A stretch of 63,961 nucleotides of DNA, the filler included, from Octopus bimaculoides (lineage: Eukaryota): assembly GCF_001194135.2 (NCBI RefSeq). It is 5 parts of 4 records of this genome, joined end to end, with 100 filler letters (N's around TTAATTAATTAA, not from the genome) between each part and the next. Parts side by side here need not be neighbours in the genome. Positions count along the whole stretch, not along the records: positions 44,451 to 58,421 come from NC_068991.1; positions 58,522 to 62,805 come from NC_069005.1; positions 62,906 to 63,961 come from NW_026314678.1; 2 more parts are not named here. The stretch is one strand, 5' to 3'. The stretch's first letter is position 1. The number at the start of each line of letters is the position of its first letter. Below, piece after piece: positions 52,211-63,961 of this stretch. A program made the position numbers and the translations under genes. The notes below the pieces were generated by a model. The model searched no databases. It saw only the letters and a program-made list of their open reading frames with translations, and was not told the DNA's origin.

Positions 52211-53951
52211 GTGCACGTATGTGTGTATGAATGTATCTACATACATATATGGCTGTCGACTCGTTAGACGAACATAACCATCACAGACAGGTGGCATCAG
52301 CAATACCCGTGCAAGTCTTTTAAGTTAAGTGTGGCTTGCACAACACCACAACAAATCTCACTAGCAATACCAAGGAACACAGACACCAGCTAAGTGCAAG
52401 ATATCCGGGTTTCATAAACCAGCTACCCCTCTCCTAGAGAAATGATTTAGTAAAGACCAGGGCTCCCTCACTCCCCATGGGCTTACTGCACCATCGGATA
52501 CCAATACGAGTATTTGTCCTGGCGCTCATATGTTAGTTAACCCATAGCTGGGACCCTAACAGATACTACTAATACAGGTCAGAGTAGACCTGGGAACAGT
52601 AGTGGTTAAGAGGTGGTTCCACACACATCAATATCCTGGAACTTCTGAACCATAGCGCCATTACAGGATGCAGTTAAATGTTATACTCAGGACATACATA
52701 CATATATATATATAAATATACATGCATGCATGCATACATACATACATACATGCATACATACGGAACCTTGTATCCTCAGAGGAAGATTTATAATAATTAA
52801 AAAATATAAGAGACGTACATACATGATGGCTGCAAATTCATGTTCAAGTATTGCCATTGCCTGATCGAAAGTCCCACACATGCGAATGTTATGACCAGCC
52901 ATTTTTGGGATAAGTCTTTTTTTTTTTTTCAAGCACTGCTTGTGCATGATGATTTTTTTATAGTGGGGAAGGATTTGCACAAATTCAATCCCACTCTCTG
53001 AACATGGACAATATAAACTCGAAAAGAAGAACTAGTCTACATCATCGAATATTGTCAGTGTCACAGGTTTTCTCTCACAGTTTCTCTCTCCTAAAGAGAT
53101 GTTGTGACAACAACAGAGGGCCTCCCACTCCCAGTGGGCCAACCACATGCCTGGACACCAACCCAGGTATTTCCACGTCACCGCGCATACATACATACAT
53201 ACATGCATACATACACATTTACACATATTGGATAGCCGTTGACTACTCATGAACTCTTCTGCGCTTTGACATGTCTTATTTTACATATATATATATATAT
53301 ATATANNNNNNNNNNNNNNNNNNNNNNNNNNNNNNNNNNNNNNNNNNNNNNNNNNNNNNNNNNNNNNNNNNNNNNNNNNNNNNNNNNNNNNNNNNNNNNN
53401 NNNNNNNNNNNNNNNNNNNNNNNNNNNNNNNNNNNNNNNNNNNNNNNNNNNNNNNNNNNNNNNNNNNNNNNNNNNNNNNNNNNNNNNNNNNNNNNNNNNN
53501 NNNNNNNNNNNNNNNNNNNNNNNNNNNNNNNNNNNNNNNNNNNNNNNNNNNNNNNNNNNNNNNNNNNNNNNNNNNNNNNNNNNNNNNNNNNNNNNNNNNN
53601 NNNNNNNNNNNNNNNNNNNNNNNNNNNNNNNNNNNNNNNNNNNNNNNNNNNNNNNNNNNNNNNNNNNNNNNNNNNNNNNNNNNNNNNNNNNNNNNNNNNN
53701 NNNNNNNNNNNNNNNNNNNNNNNNNNNNNNNNNNNNNNNNNNNNNNNNNNNNNNNNNNNNNNNNNNNNNNNNNNNNNNNNNNNNNNNNNNNNNNNNNNNN
53801 NNNNNNNNNNNNNNNNNNNNNNNNNNNNNNNNNNNNNNNNNNNNNNNNNNNNATATATGAACGTTGTAGTTCGCTTGAAACTTTGTAGTACCAAGGAAGG
53901 AAACGAAAAAGGAAAATGAAGCTTCTAACAATACAAAAAGTTTGACACAAA

Positions 53952-54024
53952 AACCTGTATGTTTCAGGCGCAAAGGTCCATCCTTCTTCTGAAGACGGGC
54001 CTTTGCACCTGAAATACAAAGGTT
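53952..54024. other. ~73-nt imperfect hairpin containing a CTGAAGA..GAAA motif
   Basis: TTTCAGGCGCAAAGGTCC..CTTC-ttct-GAAG..GGGCCTTTGCACCTGAAA. Confidence 0.75.
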
Positions 54025-54095
54025 GTTTTTCTTTTAAGACAGAAATTTCTGCATTGTTAAAAGCTTTCTTATTTTACCTTTTATCTTCCTTCCTC

Positions 54096-54135
<40 letters not shown>

Positions 54136-54736
54136 ACACATATATGAAATACACATATACAAGCATATATACATATATGCATACATACATACATACAACC
54201 TTACACATATGTAATCATACATACATGTTCACATATATGTACATATGCATATATGCATGCGTACTTAGGAAACATACATACATGCATGTATGCATGCATG
54301 CATATATCCATCCATCCATCCATCCATCCATCCAACCTTTCATCCATCCATCCATCCATCCATCCATCCATCCATACATGCATACATAAATACATACATG
54401 CATACATAGTGAAATATACATATAAATACACGTATGTACAGCCTACTTGATTATCTGCTCTTTCTTCTCTCTTTACATATCTTTCTCTTTCTTCCTTCTC
54501 TCTCTCCCTCCCTCTCTCATTCTCCCTTCTCTCTCTCTCTCTCTCTTTCAGCCTTTATCTCTCTTGCCTCTCTGATTCCCTCCCTTACTGCTCTATGTAT
54601 ACATCTCTTACTTTCTCCAATGCCTCCTCCCCACCATACGTTCACTCCACGTCATATCACGCTGCCATCACTTGCACCCCACCACAATATACTGCATGCT
54701 CACTCCCACCTCCTACAACATGCGTGCACACACACA

Positions 54737-54775
<39 letters not shown>

Positions 54776-55686
54776 ACATACACAAACACACACACACTTC
54801 TGAACTTCATCAAGACATAGTAATTTATCTTATTTTACAAATTTGTTTGTAGTTGTCCTTGTGTTACCCCANNNNNNNNNNNNNNNNNNNNNNNNNNNNN
54901 NNNNNNNNNNNNNNNNNNNNNNNNNNNNNNNNNNNNNNNNNNNNNNNNNNNNNNNNNNNNNNNNNNNNNNNNNNNNNNNNNNNNNNNNNNNNNNNNNNNN
55001 NNNNNNNNNNNNNNNNNNNNNNNNNNNNNNNNNNNNNNNNNNNNNNNNNNNNNNNNNNNNNNNNNNNNNNNNNNNNNNNNNNNNNNNNNNNNNNNNNNNN
55101 NNNNNNNNNNNNNNNNNNNNNNNNNNNNNNNNNNNNNNNNNNNNNNNNNNNNNNNNNNNNNNNNNNNNNNNNNNNNNNNNNNNNNNNNNNNNNNNNNNNN
55201 NNNNNNNNNNNNNNNNNNNNNNNNNNNNNNNNNNNNNNNNNNNNNNNNNNNNNNNNNNNNNNNNNNNNNNNNNNNNNNNNNNNNNNNNNNNNNNNNNNNN
55301 NNNNNNNNNNNNNNNNNNNNNNNNNNNNNNNNNNNNNNNNNNNNNNNNNNNNNNNNNNNNNNNNNNNNNNNNNNNNNNNNNNNNNNNNNNNNNNNNNNNN
55401 NNNNNNNNNNNNNNNNNNNNNNNNNNNNNNNNNNNNNNNNNNNNNNNNNNNNNNNNNNNNNNNNNNNNNNNNNNNNNNNNNNNNNNNNNNNNNNNNNNNN
55501 NNNNNNNNNNNNNNNNNNNNNNNNNNNNNNNNNNNNNNNNNNNNNNNNNNNNNNNNNNNNNNNNNNNNNNNNNNNNNNNNNNNNNNNNNNNNNNNNNNNN
55601 NNNNNNNNNNNNNNNNNNNNNNNNNNNNNNNNNNNNNNNNNNNNNNNNNNNNNNNNNNNNNNNNNNNNNNCTTAATAATAATAATG

Positions 55687-55744
<58 letters not shown>

Positions 55745-55789
55745 CAACAACAACAACAACTATTATTATTATTATTATTATTATTGAGT

Positions 55790-56340
55790 GAGAGAGCTGT
55801 GCATGCCATCAAAGTGACACTGGGGTAAAATATACGAAGCCCATTATACCCATCATGACTACCCGTCTGATAAGGGTACACCAGGCACATGCATCACAAC
55901 CATATGTGCACGACATGATGATCTCGTATCAAGATAAACAGTGCATGACCTCGTAGGTGGGGGCCCAGTTAGAATTTTCTTCAGGTCGAGTAGCCCATCC
56001 TCCACAAAATGTCTCTGAATAAGGGTTGTTTAAGGATGTTGATCAAAACACCCATGTTTCCAACGGTGAATTATCCAAACCCCAAAGAATTCCTCTCAAC
56101 ACATGGCTATGATGCTCCCACACTACTTCTGCTCGTGATCAGAGATGCACATATCGTCAGCCACCAAGGGACACGCTCAACTGGTTAAGGTCAAACAGCT
56201 GACAAGCAAATCTGTGGTATTAAGCAGAGTATTTGCTGTAGCCCATCTTTTATACCAAGACAAAACAATGTACATGATAACACTTCCAATTAATTAAGGT
56301 CAGAAGCCATGAGAGCCACTGCCCGGTACTGCATCCGGGC
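55790..56340 (-). mobile_element. Unclassified ~550-bp retroposed element ending in an (AAT)n tail
   Basis: Minus strand ends CTCTCTCACTC-AATAATAAT at ~55786 and is bounded by TAA-type repeats on both sides. Confidence 0.45.
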
Positions 56341-56344
56341 AATT

Positions 56345-56586
56345 GTTGTTGTTATTATTATTTTATGTTTGACTTTTGTTTTGCATTTGTACAAGTTGGA
56401 TCCAAGTCTCACCCAGAGACCTCAAGAGACAACAAGTTAGAAGTTCATGTAGGTGTTATGCCTAGGGTACCATATATTTGGATTTGTACAGTTTTGTTCA
56501 AGTGAATGTTTAAGAAACCATAAGAAAATTATGTTTGCTTTAAAATTTGAGATCACATAGACAGTATTTTACGTAGGATATGGGCA

Positions 56587-56590
<4 letters not shown>
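56345..56590 (-). mobile_element. 3' end of an RLE (R4/Dong-like) LINE
   Basis: Minus strand begins AHILRKILSM* (typical RLE ORF terminus), then 3' UTR and an AAT/AAC tail. Confidence 0.6.
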
Positions 56591-56643
<53 letters not shown>

Positions 56644-57181
56644 TCAGCTAAAGGCACGAGACCTGAAATGTGTGAAGAGGGTGGGGGCTAGTCGATTACT
56701 TGGAACGCAGTATTATTTTTCTTTCATCTTCTTAGTGGCGATAAAATAGGTGCTAGTTCAGTGTGGTGTATTGACAAGATGACGCAGTGGTGGACAAAAT
56801 GCTTTATAATAATACTAGCGACAGAAGCAGTAACAGTGCCAAGTGGTAATCTTTATATCTTACTCAAAGTAGATGCATTATTAGAACGCACTGCAGTATT
56901 CGCCTTGGGAGATCGTCTCATACAGACGTATGGTGCTAAGAGCGCAAACATTTATCGTTAGCAGACGCTAACCGTCTGACTTGGGCACCGGAACTGCCAG
57001 ATCATGTGATTTTAGCGTACTGGACTTCCTCAGTGACAAGTGCTCGCTCACCGTATACTAGCCAAATCTCACTGTCAACGATATATGGAATAACAGTGAC
57101 TCTTCAGTCACTGGTGTCGCTAATAGTCAGCAGGCTTATTTAAAAATACCCATGCCAGACAGTCCTCGCGCACTAATGATA

Positions 57182-57245
<64 letters not shown>

Positions 57246-58959
57246 CTCTTAGCATCGCCTGTCAGTGGTCGTTTTTTCTATGCGAAGGAGCAGACAATGA
57301 AAGAAAGGATACGTTTTAAGATTTAGCTGCTATTTCTAGTGGGTCGAAAGTCTACGTAGAGGCTCCTTCCTTGGCTCTGTGATGACGACATTGAAGGTGA
57401 AGGTGATGTTAATCAATACAGCAATTGATTCCTTGCGTTAATGTAATTAATACACCTTAATTTACTTCGATTTCTCTCAAGTTGGACATTCCAAGTTCAG
57501 CAATCTCTGGTGGTGATAGTGGTAGTGATAGTAATGGTGGTGGTTGAGGAGGGGTGGTTTTAGTGGTTGTGGTGGCAGTAGTGTTTGTGGTGGTGGCAGT
57601 ATTCTTTGTGGTGGTGGGTAATGGGTTATGGTGGTGGCTGTGTTTGTGGTGGTGGTGGTGGTGGTGGTGGGTAGTACAGACGTTGCAGGTGTTAAAAAAG
57701 AGGCTTTCGTTTTTTTGATAGTAGTAGTAGTAGTAGTAGTAGTAGTAGCTGTTGTTGCTGTTGTTGTTGAAGTAGTGGTGGTGGTGCTGGTGATGACGGT
57801 AGTAGTAGTAGTAGTTGTAGTAGTACTTGATGGAGGGTTGAGGCGGAGTACCTAGTGGTGTATAGAGAGGATAGGAAAGAAGGGAGGGGTGGAATTATGT
57901 GTGGGTGTTTCGAGCAACAACGACAACAACAACAACAACCACAGTAGTAATAAACATATCGGGGAAAAAGTAATCAAAAACAAACGAACTCATAAACGGC
58001 CAGGAACATGGAGGGTGTGGTGAAGGAGTATAGCTCTAGAAACAACGCAGAATGGTGCTTACACACACACAGAAGCGCGTGCGCACACACATACATACAC
58101 ACACACAATCGAAAAAATAAACAACAAAAACGGTAAAAAGCAGAAAGGATAAACAGAAACCAAAATAGACATATTGTAGGGATGTGGAATTAACATTGAA
58201 ACGGTAAACTCAAAACAAAAGACCGAAGCATATTGTAGGATAACAGCTATTACTACGTATGATTTGGTTCTACCTGTTTGGCGAGAGACCTGCTCTGAGA
58301 TAGTGTATTGAAATTTAGACATAAACAGACACAATCATAGAATTGTAGTATCGGCCATTTAAATAAATAAATACATTCATACACACAGTACTTCATATAT
58401 ATATACATACATATATACATANNNNNNNNNNNNNNNNNNNNNNNNNNNNNNNNNNNNNNNNNNNNTTAATTAATTAANNNNNNNNNNNNNNNNNNNNNNN
58501 NNNNNNNNNNNNNNNNNNNNNTGACGTAACTCTTCACAAAGGCAAACAGACAAGACGAAGAGCCCGAGGCGATTGCAATAGCTATTTCATTGGTTGAACA
58601 ATGTTTCGACACTCCGTGTGTCTTTTACAAGTTCAAATTATAAAATGAAATTAAATTCAAAGATAGGAAACGCTGAAACATTCAAAATTAAATCGGAATA
58701 ACAGTGTTTCTTTCCAAGTAAAACGACGTCATCAGTCTTTGGTCTTTCACAAAATTCAGCAGAAGGAAGGAAAGACAGAAAAAAAAGCAAGAAAAGAATT
58801 GGTGAAAAAATTATTCAGTCAAAAAGTTTAATATAAATATGGTGGAATTCGCCTGTCATTTTATTAATTCCTCCAAGCTGAGATGTCAACAGCTCACAAA
58901 TATAACTATCCTCACAAATATATCTATGCAGCATTTACCAGTACCTTGACAATCCGAAT

Positions 58960-60491
58960 TCACTACCAGAAGGTTGCAGGTAGAAGACTAGATGAACGCA
59001 TGGTCTATCATATATAGACAAAGCAGTTTTAGATGAAGTAAAAGCTAAAACGAAAAATATAACAATAGCATGGATAGATTATAGGAAAGCCTACGACTTA
59101 ATCTCACGCTCATGGATAAGAGAATATTTGAGTATGTTCAGTATAGCAGACAACATAAGAGAATTAATTAGCTTTAGCATGAAGAAATGGAAAGTAGATC
59201 TATATTCAGGTGACACAGTCGTAGGGAAAGTTAATATCAAAAGAGGAATTTTCCAGGGGGACTCGTTGTCCCCTTTAATATTTGTCATATGTTTGGTCCC
59301 CTTCAGTTTAGTATTAAGGAAGGCAAAGACAGGGCATCAGTTCAGAAATAGTAATGGAAAAATTAACCATTTGCTCTATATCGATGATCTGAAGCATTAT
59401 AGTAAGAATGAAAAAGAGATAGATTCCTTAATACAGACAGTAAGACACTTCAGCAAAGGTATAGGCATGGAATTTGGCATTGATAAGTGTGCAATATTAG
59501 TCATGAGAAGGGGACAGGCAGTCAACAGCGAAGGCATCCAATTATCAGATGGCCAGACATTAAAATCATTGAAAGGAGGAGAGAGTTATAAGTATTAGAA
59601 TCTGATACAGTACTAACTACAGAAATGAAAAGGAAAATTGAGGAGTACATCAGAAGGCTGAGGAAGCTAATGAAGTCAAAGCTAAATAGTCTGAATCTGG
59701 TGAAAGCTGTAAATACTTGGGCAGAATCATTACTTAGATATTCAGCAGCTTTTGTAGATTGGACAAAAACTGAATTATCAAAGCTAGACAGGAGTACTAG
59801 GAAGGGATTCAATATGAATGGAGGATTCCATCCAAAGGCATGAGTAGCAAGATTATACCTACTTAGAAAGGAAGGTGAAAGAAGGTTAATATCAGTAGAA
59901 GACTGCATGGAGTTCGCTCGAGTAGATATAGACTCCTATGTAGGTAATAGGGAAGAATGTTTATTAAAAGCTGCCAGAGTCTCAGCAAAACATAGGGAAA
60001 CCAAAACATCAAACAAACTTAAAACCCAGAAAAAAGAACAGGAATTAGCTGACTGGCTGGAGAAGGCGTTGCATGGTAAATTTCCAAAGATAGTTTCAGC
60101 AAACAGTAGTAGTGAGACATGGTTATGGCTGCAGAAAAGAAAGTTGAAGAGGGAGACAGAAAGTTTGCTAGTAGCAGTACAAGATCAAGCATTAAGGACT
60201 AATTAGATAAACGCCAAAATAGACAAAAACAAGTAGATTCCAAATGTAGATTAGGCAAATCGAAAGAGGAAAGCATTACTCATATAGTAAGTGAATGTAG
60301 CATGCTGGCACAGAAAGAATACAAGAAAAGACATGACAATCAAGAGAGAGCAATCTACTGGGAGCTATGTAGAAAGTTAAGATTTGAACACACTGATAAA
60401 AGGTATGAACATGAACCTAGGAAGGTACTAGAAAGTACGAAGTACAAGATGTTGTGGGAGTTTAACGTTCTAGAAGCTAGAAGGCCTGATT

Positions 60492-60560
<69 letters not shown>

Positions 60561-60936
60561 ATAAAGAGAATAAAAAATGCCAGATAATTGACTTTACAGT
60601 CCCAAATGATTAAAAAATTAATATGAGAAGTATAGAAAAAATAGCAAAGTACCAGGACTTAGCTATTGAATTACAGAGATTATAGAAAGTGCGGGTAAAA
60701 TGTATCCCAGTGCATTGGGTGCTATCCCTAAAGATATGAACAGATAGATAGAGGAAATAAGTACAGGCGCAGGAGTGGCTGCGTTGTAAGTAGCTTGCTT
60801 ACCAACCACATGGTTCCGGGTTCAGTCCCACTGCGTGGCACCTTGGGCAAGTGTCTTCTACTATAGCCTCAGGCCGACCAAAGTCTTGTGAGTGGATTTG
60901 GTAGACGGAAACTGAAAGAAGCCCGTCGTATATATG

Positions 60937-60990
<54 letters not shown>

Positions 60991-61290
60991 TGTGTGTTTG
61001 TGTGTCTGTGTTTGCCCCCCCAACATCGCTTGACAATCGATGCTGGTGTGTTTACGTCCCCGTAACTTAGCGGTTCGGCAAAAGAGACCGATAGAATAAG
61101 TACTAGGCTTACAAAGAATAAGTCCCGGGGTAGATTTGCTCGACTAAAGGCAGTGCTCCAGCATGGCCGCAGTCAAATGACTGAAACAAGTAAAAGAGTA
61201 AAAGAGTAATAAAACCCCGTTTAGTACAGCTCCAGAAAACAGTGTTATTGGGGACAACTAGGATGCTTAGGAGGGTTCTTGATCAAAGCC
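58960..61290 (+). mobile_element. 5'-truncated R4/Dong-like RLE LINE interrupted by a SINE
   Basis: AWIDYRKAYDLISRSWI, RGIFQGDSLSPLIF, HLLYIDDLKHY, CRL..ES..HIVSEC..RHDNQ, RRPDLVVVD..IDFTVPND and terminal LQKTVLLGTTRMLRRVL resuming after the SINE. Confidence 0.92.
60764..61207 (+). mobile_element. SINE family A, full length, nested in the LINE
   Basis: Best-preserved copy: CAGGCGCAGGAGTGGCTG..GGGTTCAGTCCCA..AAAAGAGTAAAAGAGTA. Confidence 0.95.
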
Positions 61291-61319
61291 TCTACAACAG
61301 AACCTGCAAAAACAAATAA

Positions 61320-61680
61320 TGAATAGAAATGCAATAAGTTAATGCAAAGTATTTGGTGATGGGAAAGAAATAATAAATCATATAATCTCTGGTTGTCCAG
61401 TCCTGGTCAAGAAAGAATGCATCCACAGACATGATAGAGTTTGGATTTATACACTGGAAATTATGCCAACAGGAATGACAACAGGAAAAATGTGGTATAG
61501 GCTTATCCCAGAAAAGGTCTCCGAAAATGACAAAGCAACCATATTCTGTGCTACACCAATACTCTAAGATATATTAAATGTACACAGAATGATCAAAGCT
61601 AATAGACAAGATATTGTCGTCAGAGACCACCAAGAAATGAAATGCCTTCTAATCGACATAGCAGTCCCAACAGAATCTTG
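61320..61680 (+). mobile_element. Second RLE LINE 3' fragment
   Basis: IISGCPVLVKKECIHRHDRV, WY..PEKVSENDKAT and IKANRQDIVVRD..CLLIDIAVP. Confidence 0.8.
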
Positions 61681-61874
61681 TTTTCCCCAATTTTATTCAT
61701 TTGTGTGTTCAATATTTTTTTCTATTCTATTTGATAGTCTTGCTTTGTTCAACGTAATCAATCTGAGGAGTATATATATCTATACAGAGAATACAAAACA
61801 AGTCATACAAAAGGGATTACAGGAACATTTCGGTGATCTACATCTATCTATCTATTTCTCTCTCTCTCTCTCCC

Positions 61875-62805
61875 TCTCGTTGGAATTTATTGCGTTTTTA
61901 AATTTCGGAATCTATTTTTTTGGAGAATTATATTTTTGAATCATTTTGGTATCTATTATTTTTTTTCTAGTTAGTTTTAGTTAATTTTTGTTTATTTTCA
62001 GGTCATTAAAATGGAATGTGAAGACAAGAAAAACGAGCATTTTCGACACTTTCTTCTTTTTGCATTTAATCACGGTTCTAAGGCCGCAAATGCTGCTCGC
62101 GACATTTGTGCTGTGTATGGAGAGGGTGCCATACCTAAAAGAACCGTTCGTGATTGACATGCCAAGTTCAAAAATGGAAATTTTGACCTCAAAGACGCAC
62201 CTCGTTCTGGCCGTCCAGTTGAGTTCGATGAAGAGAGATTAAACCAACTTTTGCACGAAAATTCTTGTCAAACGACAAGGGAACTGGCAGAGAAAATGGA
62301 ATGCACCCACACTGCTATAGAGAAGCATCTTCACTCGATGGGAAAGGTTCAGAAGTATGGAGCATGGGTTCTGCATGCTTTAAGTGACAACAACAGCAAA
62401 AATCAACGAGTCACAATCTTTGCTGGTTTGCATGCTCGTCACCGTTCAACTCATGGACACAAGCAACGATTTCTTTACCGAATCGTTACTGGCGACGAAA
62501 AATGGTGCCTGTACATCAATATGAAGCAGCGTAAGGAATGGCTTAGCCCCTGTAAACAAGTGACACTGCACGTGAAACAGGATCTTCATCCGTGTAAAAC
62601 AATATTGTGCGTATGGTGGGACTGGGAAGGGATTTATCCATTACGAATTCCTTGAACGGAACCAAACGGTCAACGCGGAACTCTATGTTCAACAGATGGA
62701 ACGACTCAACACGGCTATTCAAGAGAAAAGACCTAATCGTCAGCATGGAGTTCTTCTGCTGCATGACAACGCCCGCCCTCATATCGCCAATATGACCAAG
62801 GAAGC
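61875..62805 (+). mobile_element. Mariner (Mos1/Hsmar-like) transposase pseudogene, 3' part lost in gap
   Basis: HFRHFLLFAF..AARDICAVYG, DAPRSGRP, WVLHAL, RIVTGDEKWCLY and LLHDNARPH; stop and frameshift present. Confidence 0.92.
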
Positions 62806-63129
62806 NNNNNNNNNNNNNNNNNNNNNNNNNNNNNNNNNNNNNNNNNNNNTTAATTAATTAANNNNNNNNNNNNNNNNNNNNNNNNNNNNNNNNNNNNNNN
62901 NNNNNTCTATGAGTCAGTGAAGAGTGAGAAACCATGAAGTTAACTATTTTAACAACAGTCACCACGACAGAACTCAAGCTTTGTGACGGAAGTTTTACAA
63001 CTAAATTTCCCTGGTGTATAATGCAATTAAAACACATTACATTGCGTGAAATATGATTTTCAAGACGCTTAATAAATCTTTATTCTCCTTTCCAACCATG
63101 GCTTGATTTCAGAAATAATTTAGAAATGC

Positions 63130-63760
63130 AGTCAGAATGTCCTGTCCCATAAATGTATTGGTAAGAGTCATCAAACAACATGATTCTTCATAAATACGAT
63201 CATTGTCACAGTATCTTGCAACAATTGCTAGGTGAGCCATATCATTCACGTCAGTACTTTTTGTTTTATTGTAATGTTTTCAGCTATATCAGTTATACGT
63301 CTCTCAACTGATCATGCAGAAGCTGATATTTCTTGAATTAGAGACAGTATTGTTTCAGCGTTTGGTTAATCACTGAACAAAATTTGAGCACTTCACAGAA
63401 AAGCTGTTTTGATAAATTCTCCGTCTGTAAAAGGTTTACCTTTCTCAGCTATACAATGAGCAATCGTAAATACATTATCTAGTTTTATCGTTGGTTCCAA
63501 GCATTTGAACAAAAACAGAAGTGCGTTTTTAGTAACTAGAAACTGTCCATTTTATGACTTCAGTTTTATCATCAGCGTTTTTAAATGTCGTCTGGCGTCT
63601 AGTTTCATTGTGTCTTTGTACACTTGATGTACGATATACGACAAATTCACAGCAGAATGCACACACAACACGATCATTTTGTTGTACAAATCTATACTCA
63701 GTGCTCCAGAAATCTTGAAATGAACGAACGTCAATTTTTGTCTTTTGTTATTCATCTTGG
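63130..63760 (-). mobile_element. hAT (Charlie/SPIN, GTF2IRD2-like) transposase N-terminal remnant
   Basis: Minus strand IAHCIAEKGKPFTDGEFIK and SVERRITDIAENI, plus a decayed BED-like region near 63700-63560; many stops. Confidence 0.75.
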
Positions 63761-63961
63761 GGCACTATATGTTGATAATTAATATTAACAGGTGTATAAA
63801 CCCTTAAATCAGGTTCTACAAATAAAAATAAAAGTAACCAAATAAAGATAATTAGAATAAAAGGAATAGTAAAAAAAGAATTAAATAAATTTAATGAATT
63901 AATTTTTGTAATAATAAAATAATTAGATTAAAATAAATGGTAAGAATAAACAAAAAATATA

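Noticed and set aside
56322-56345. GCCCGG-N8-CCGGGC at the 5' end of the 550-bp element as an HDV-like ribozyme
   Set aside because: The 8-nt insert is too short to hold the P2/P3/L3 segments needed for the nested double pseudoknot.
56813-57125. Possible MITE with TACTAGCGACA / TGTCGCTAATA ends and an internal CAGTGACT hairpin
   Set aside because: Only about 11 bp of imperfect inversion, with no clear TSD and no second copy in the window.

Overview
Repeat-dense animal genomic scaffold with many N gaps, probably from an octopus or other coleoid cephalopod (inferred from the SINE and microsatellite content, not verified). No host protein-coding gene can be identified with confidence; most long ORFs in the track are microsatellite or gap artefacts. 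The window is a nest of decayed mobile elements. These include RTE LINE fragments, a nearly complete but inactivated Helitron Rep/PIF1-helicase gene, four or five Penelope-like (GIY-YIG) pieces, CR1-type fragments, R4/Dong-like RLE LINEs, two mariners, a hAT transposase remnant, a probable non-autonomous LTR element and several SINE families. The most interesting items are structural: (1) a back-to-back telomeric array (TAACCC)3/(TTAGGG)~8 inside nested inverted repeats in a probable Helitron intron; (2) recurring fold-backs or inversions at Penelope-like ends that carry degenerate hammerhead-like motifs, including a 218-bp loopless palindrome; (3) a 54-bp long-range inverted pair whose mismatches are mostly G-U-compatible, overlapping a candidate exon, like an ADAR editing-complementary sequence; (4) a same-strand stack of about 9 copies of one short element; (5) two pre-miRNA-sized hairpins. 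None amounts to a proven new system; all are testable hypotheses.
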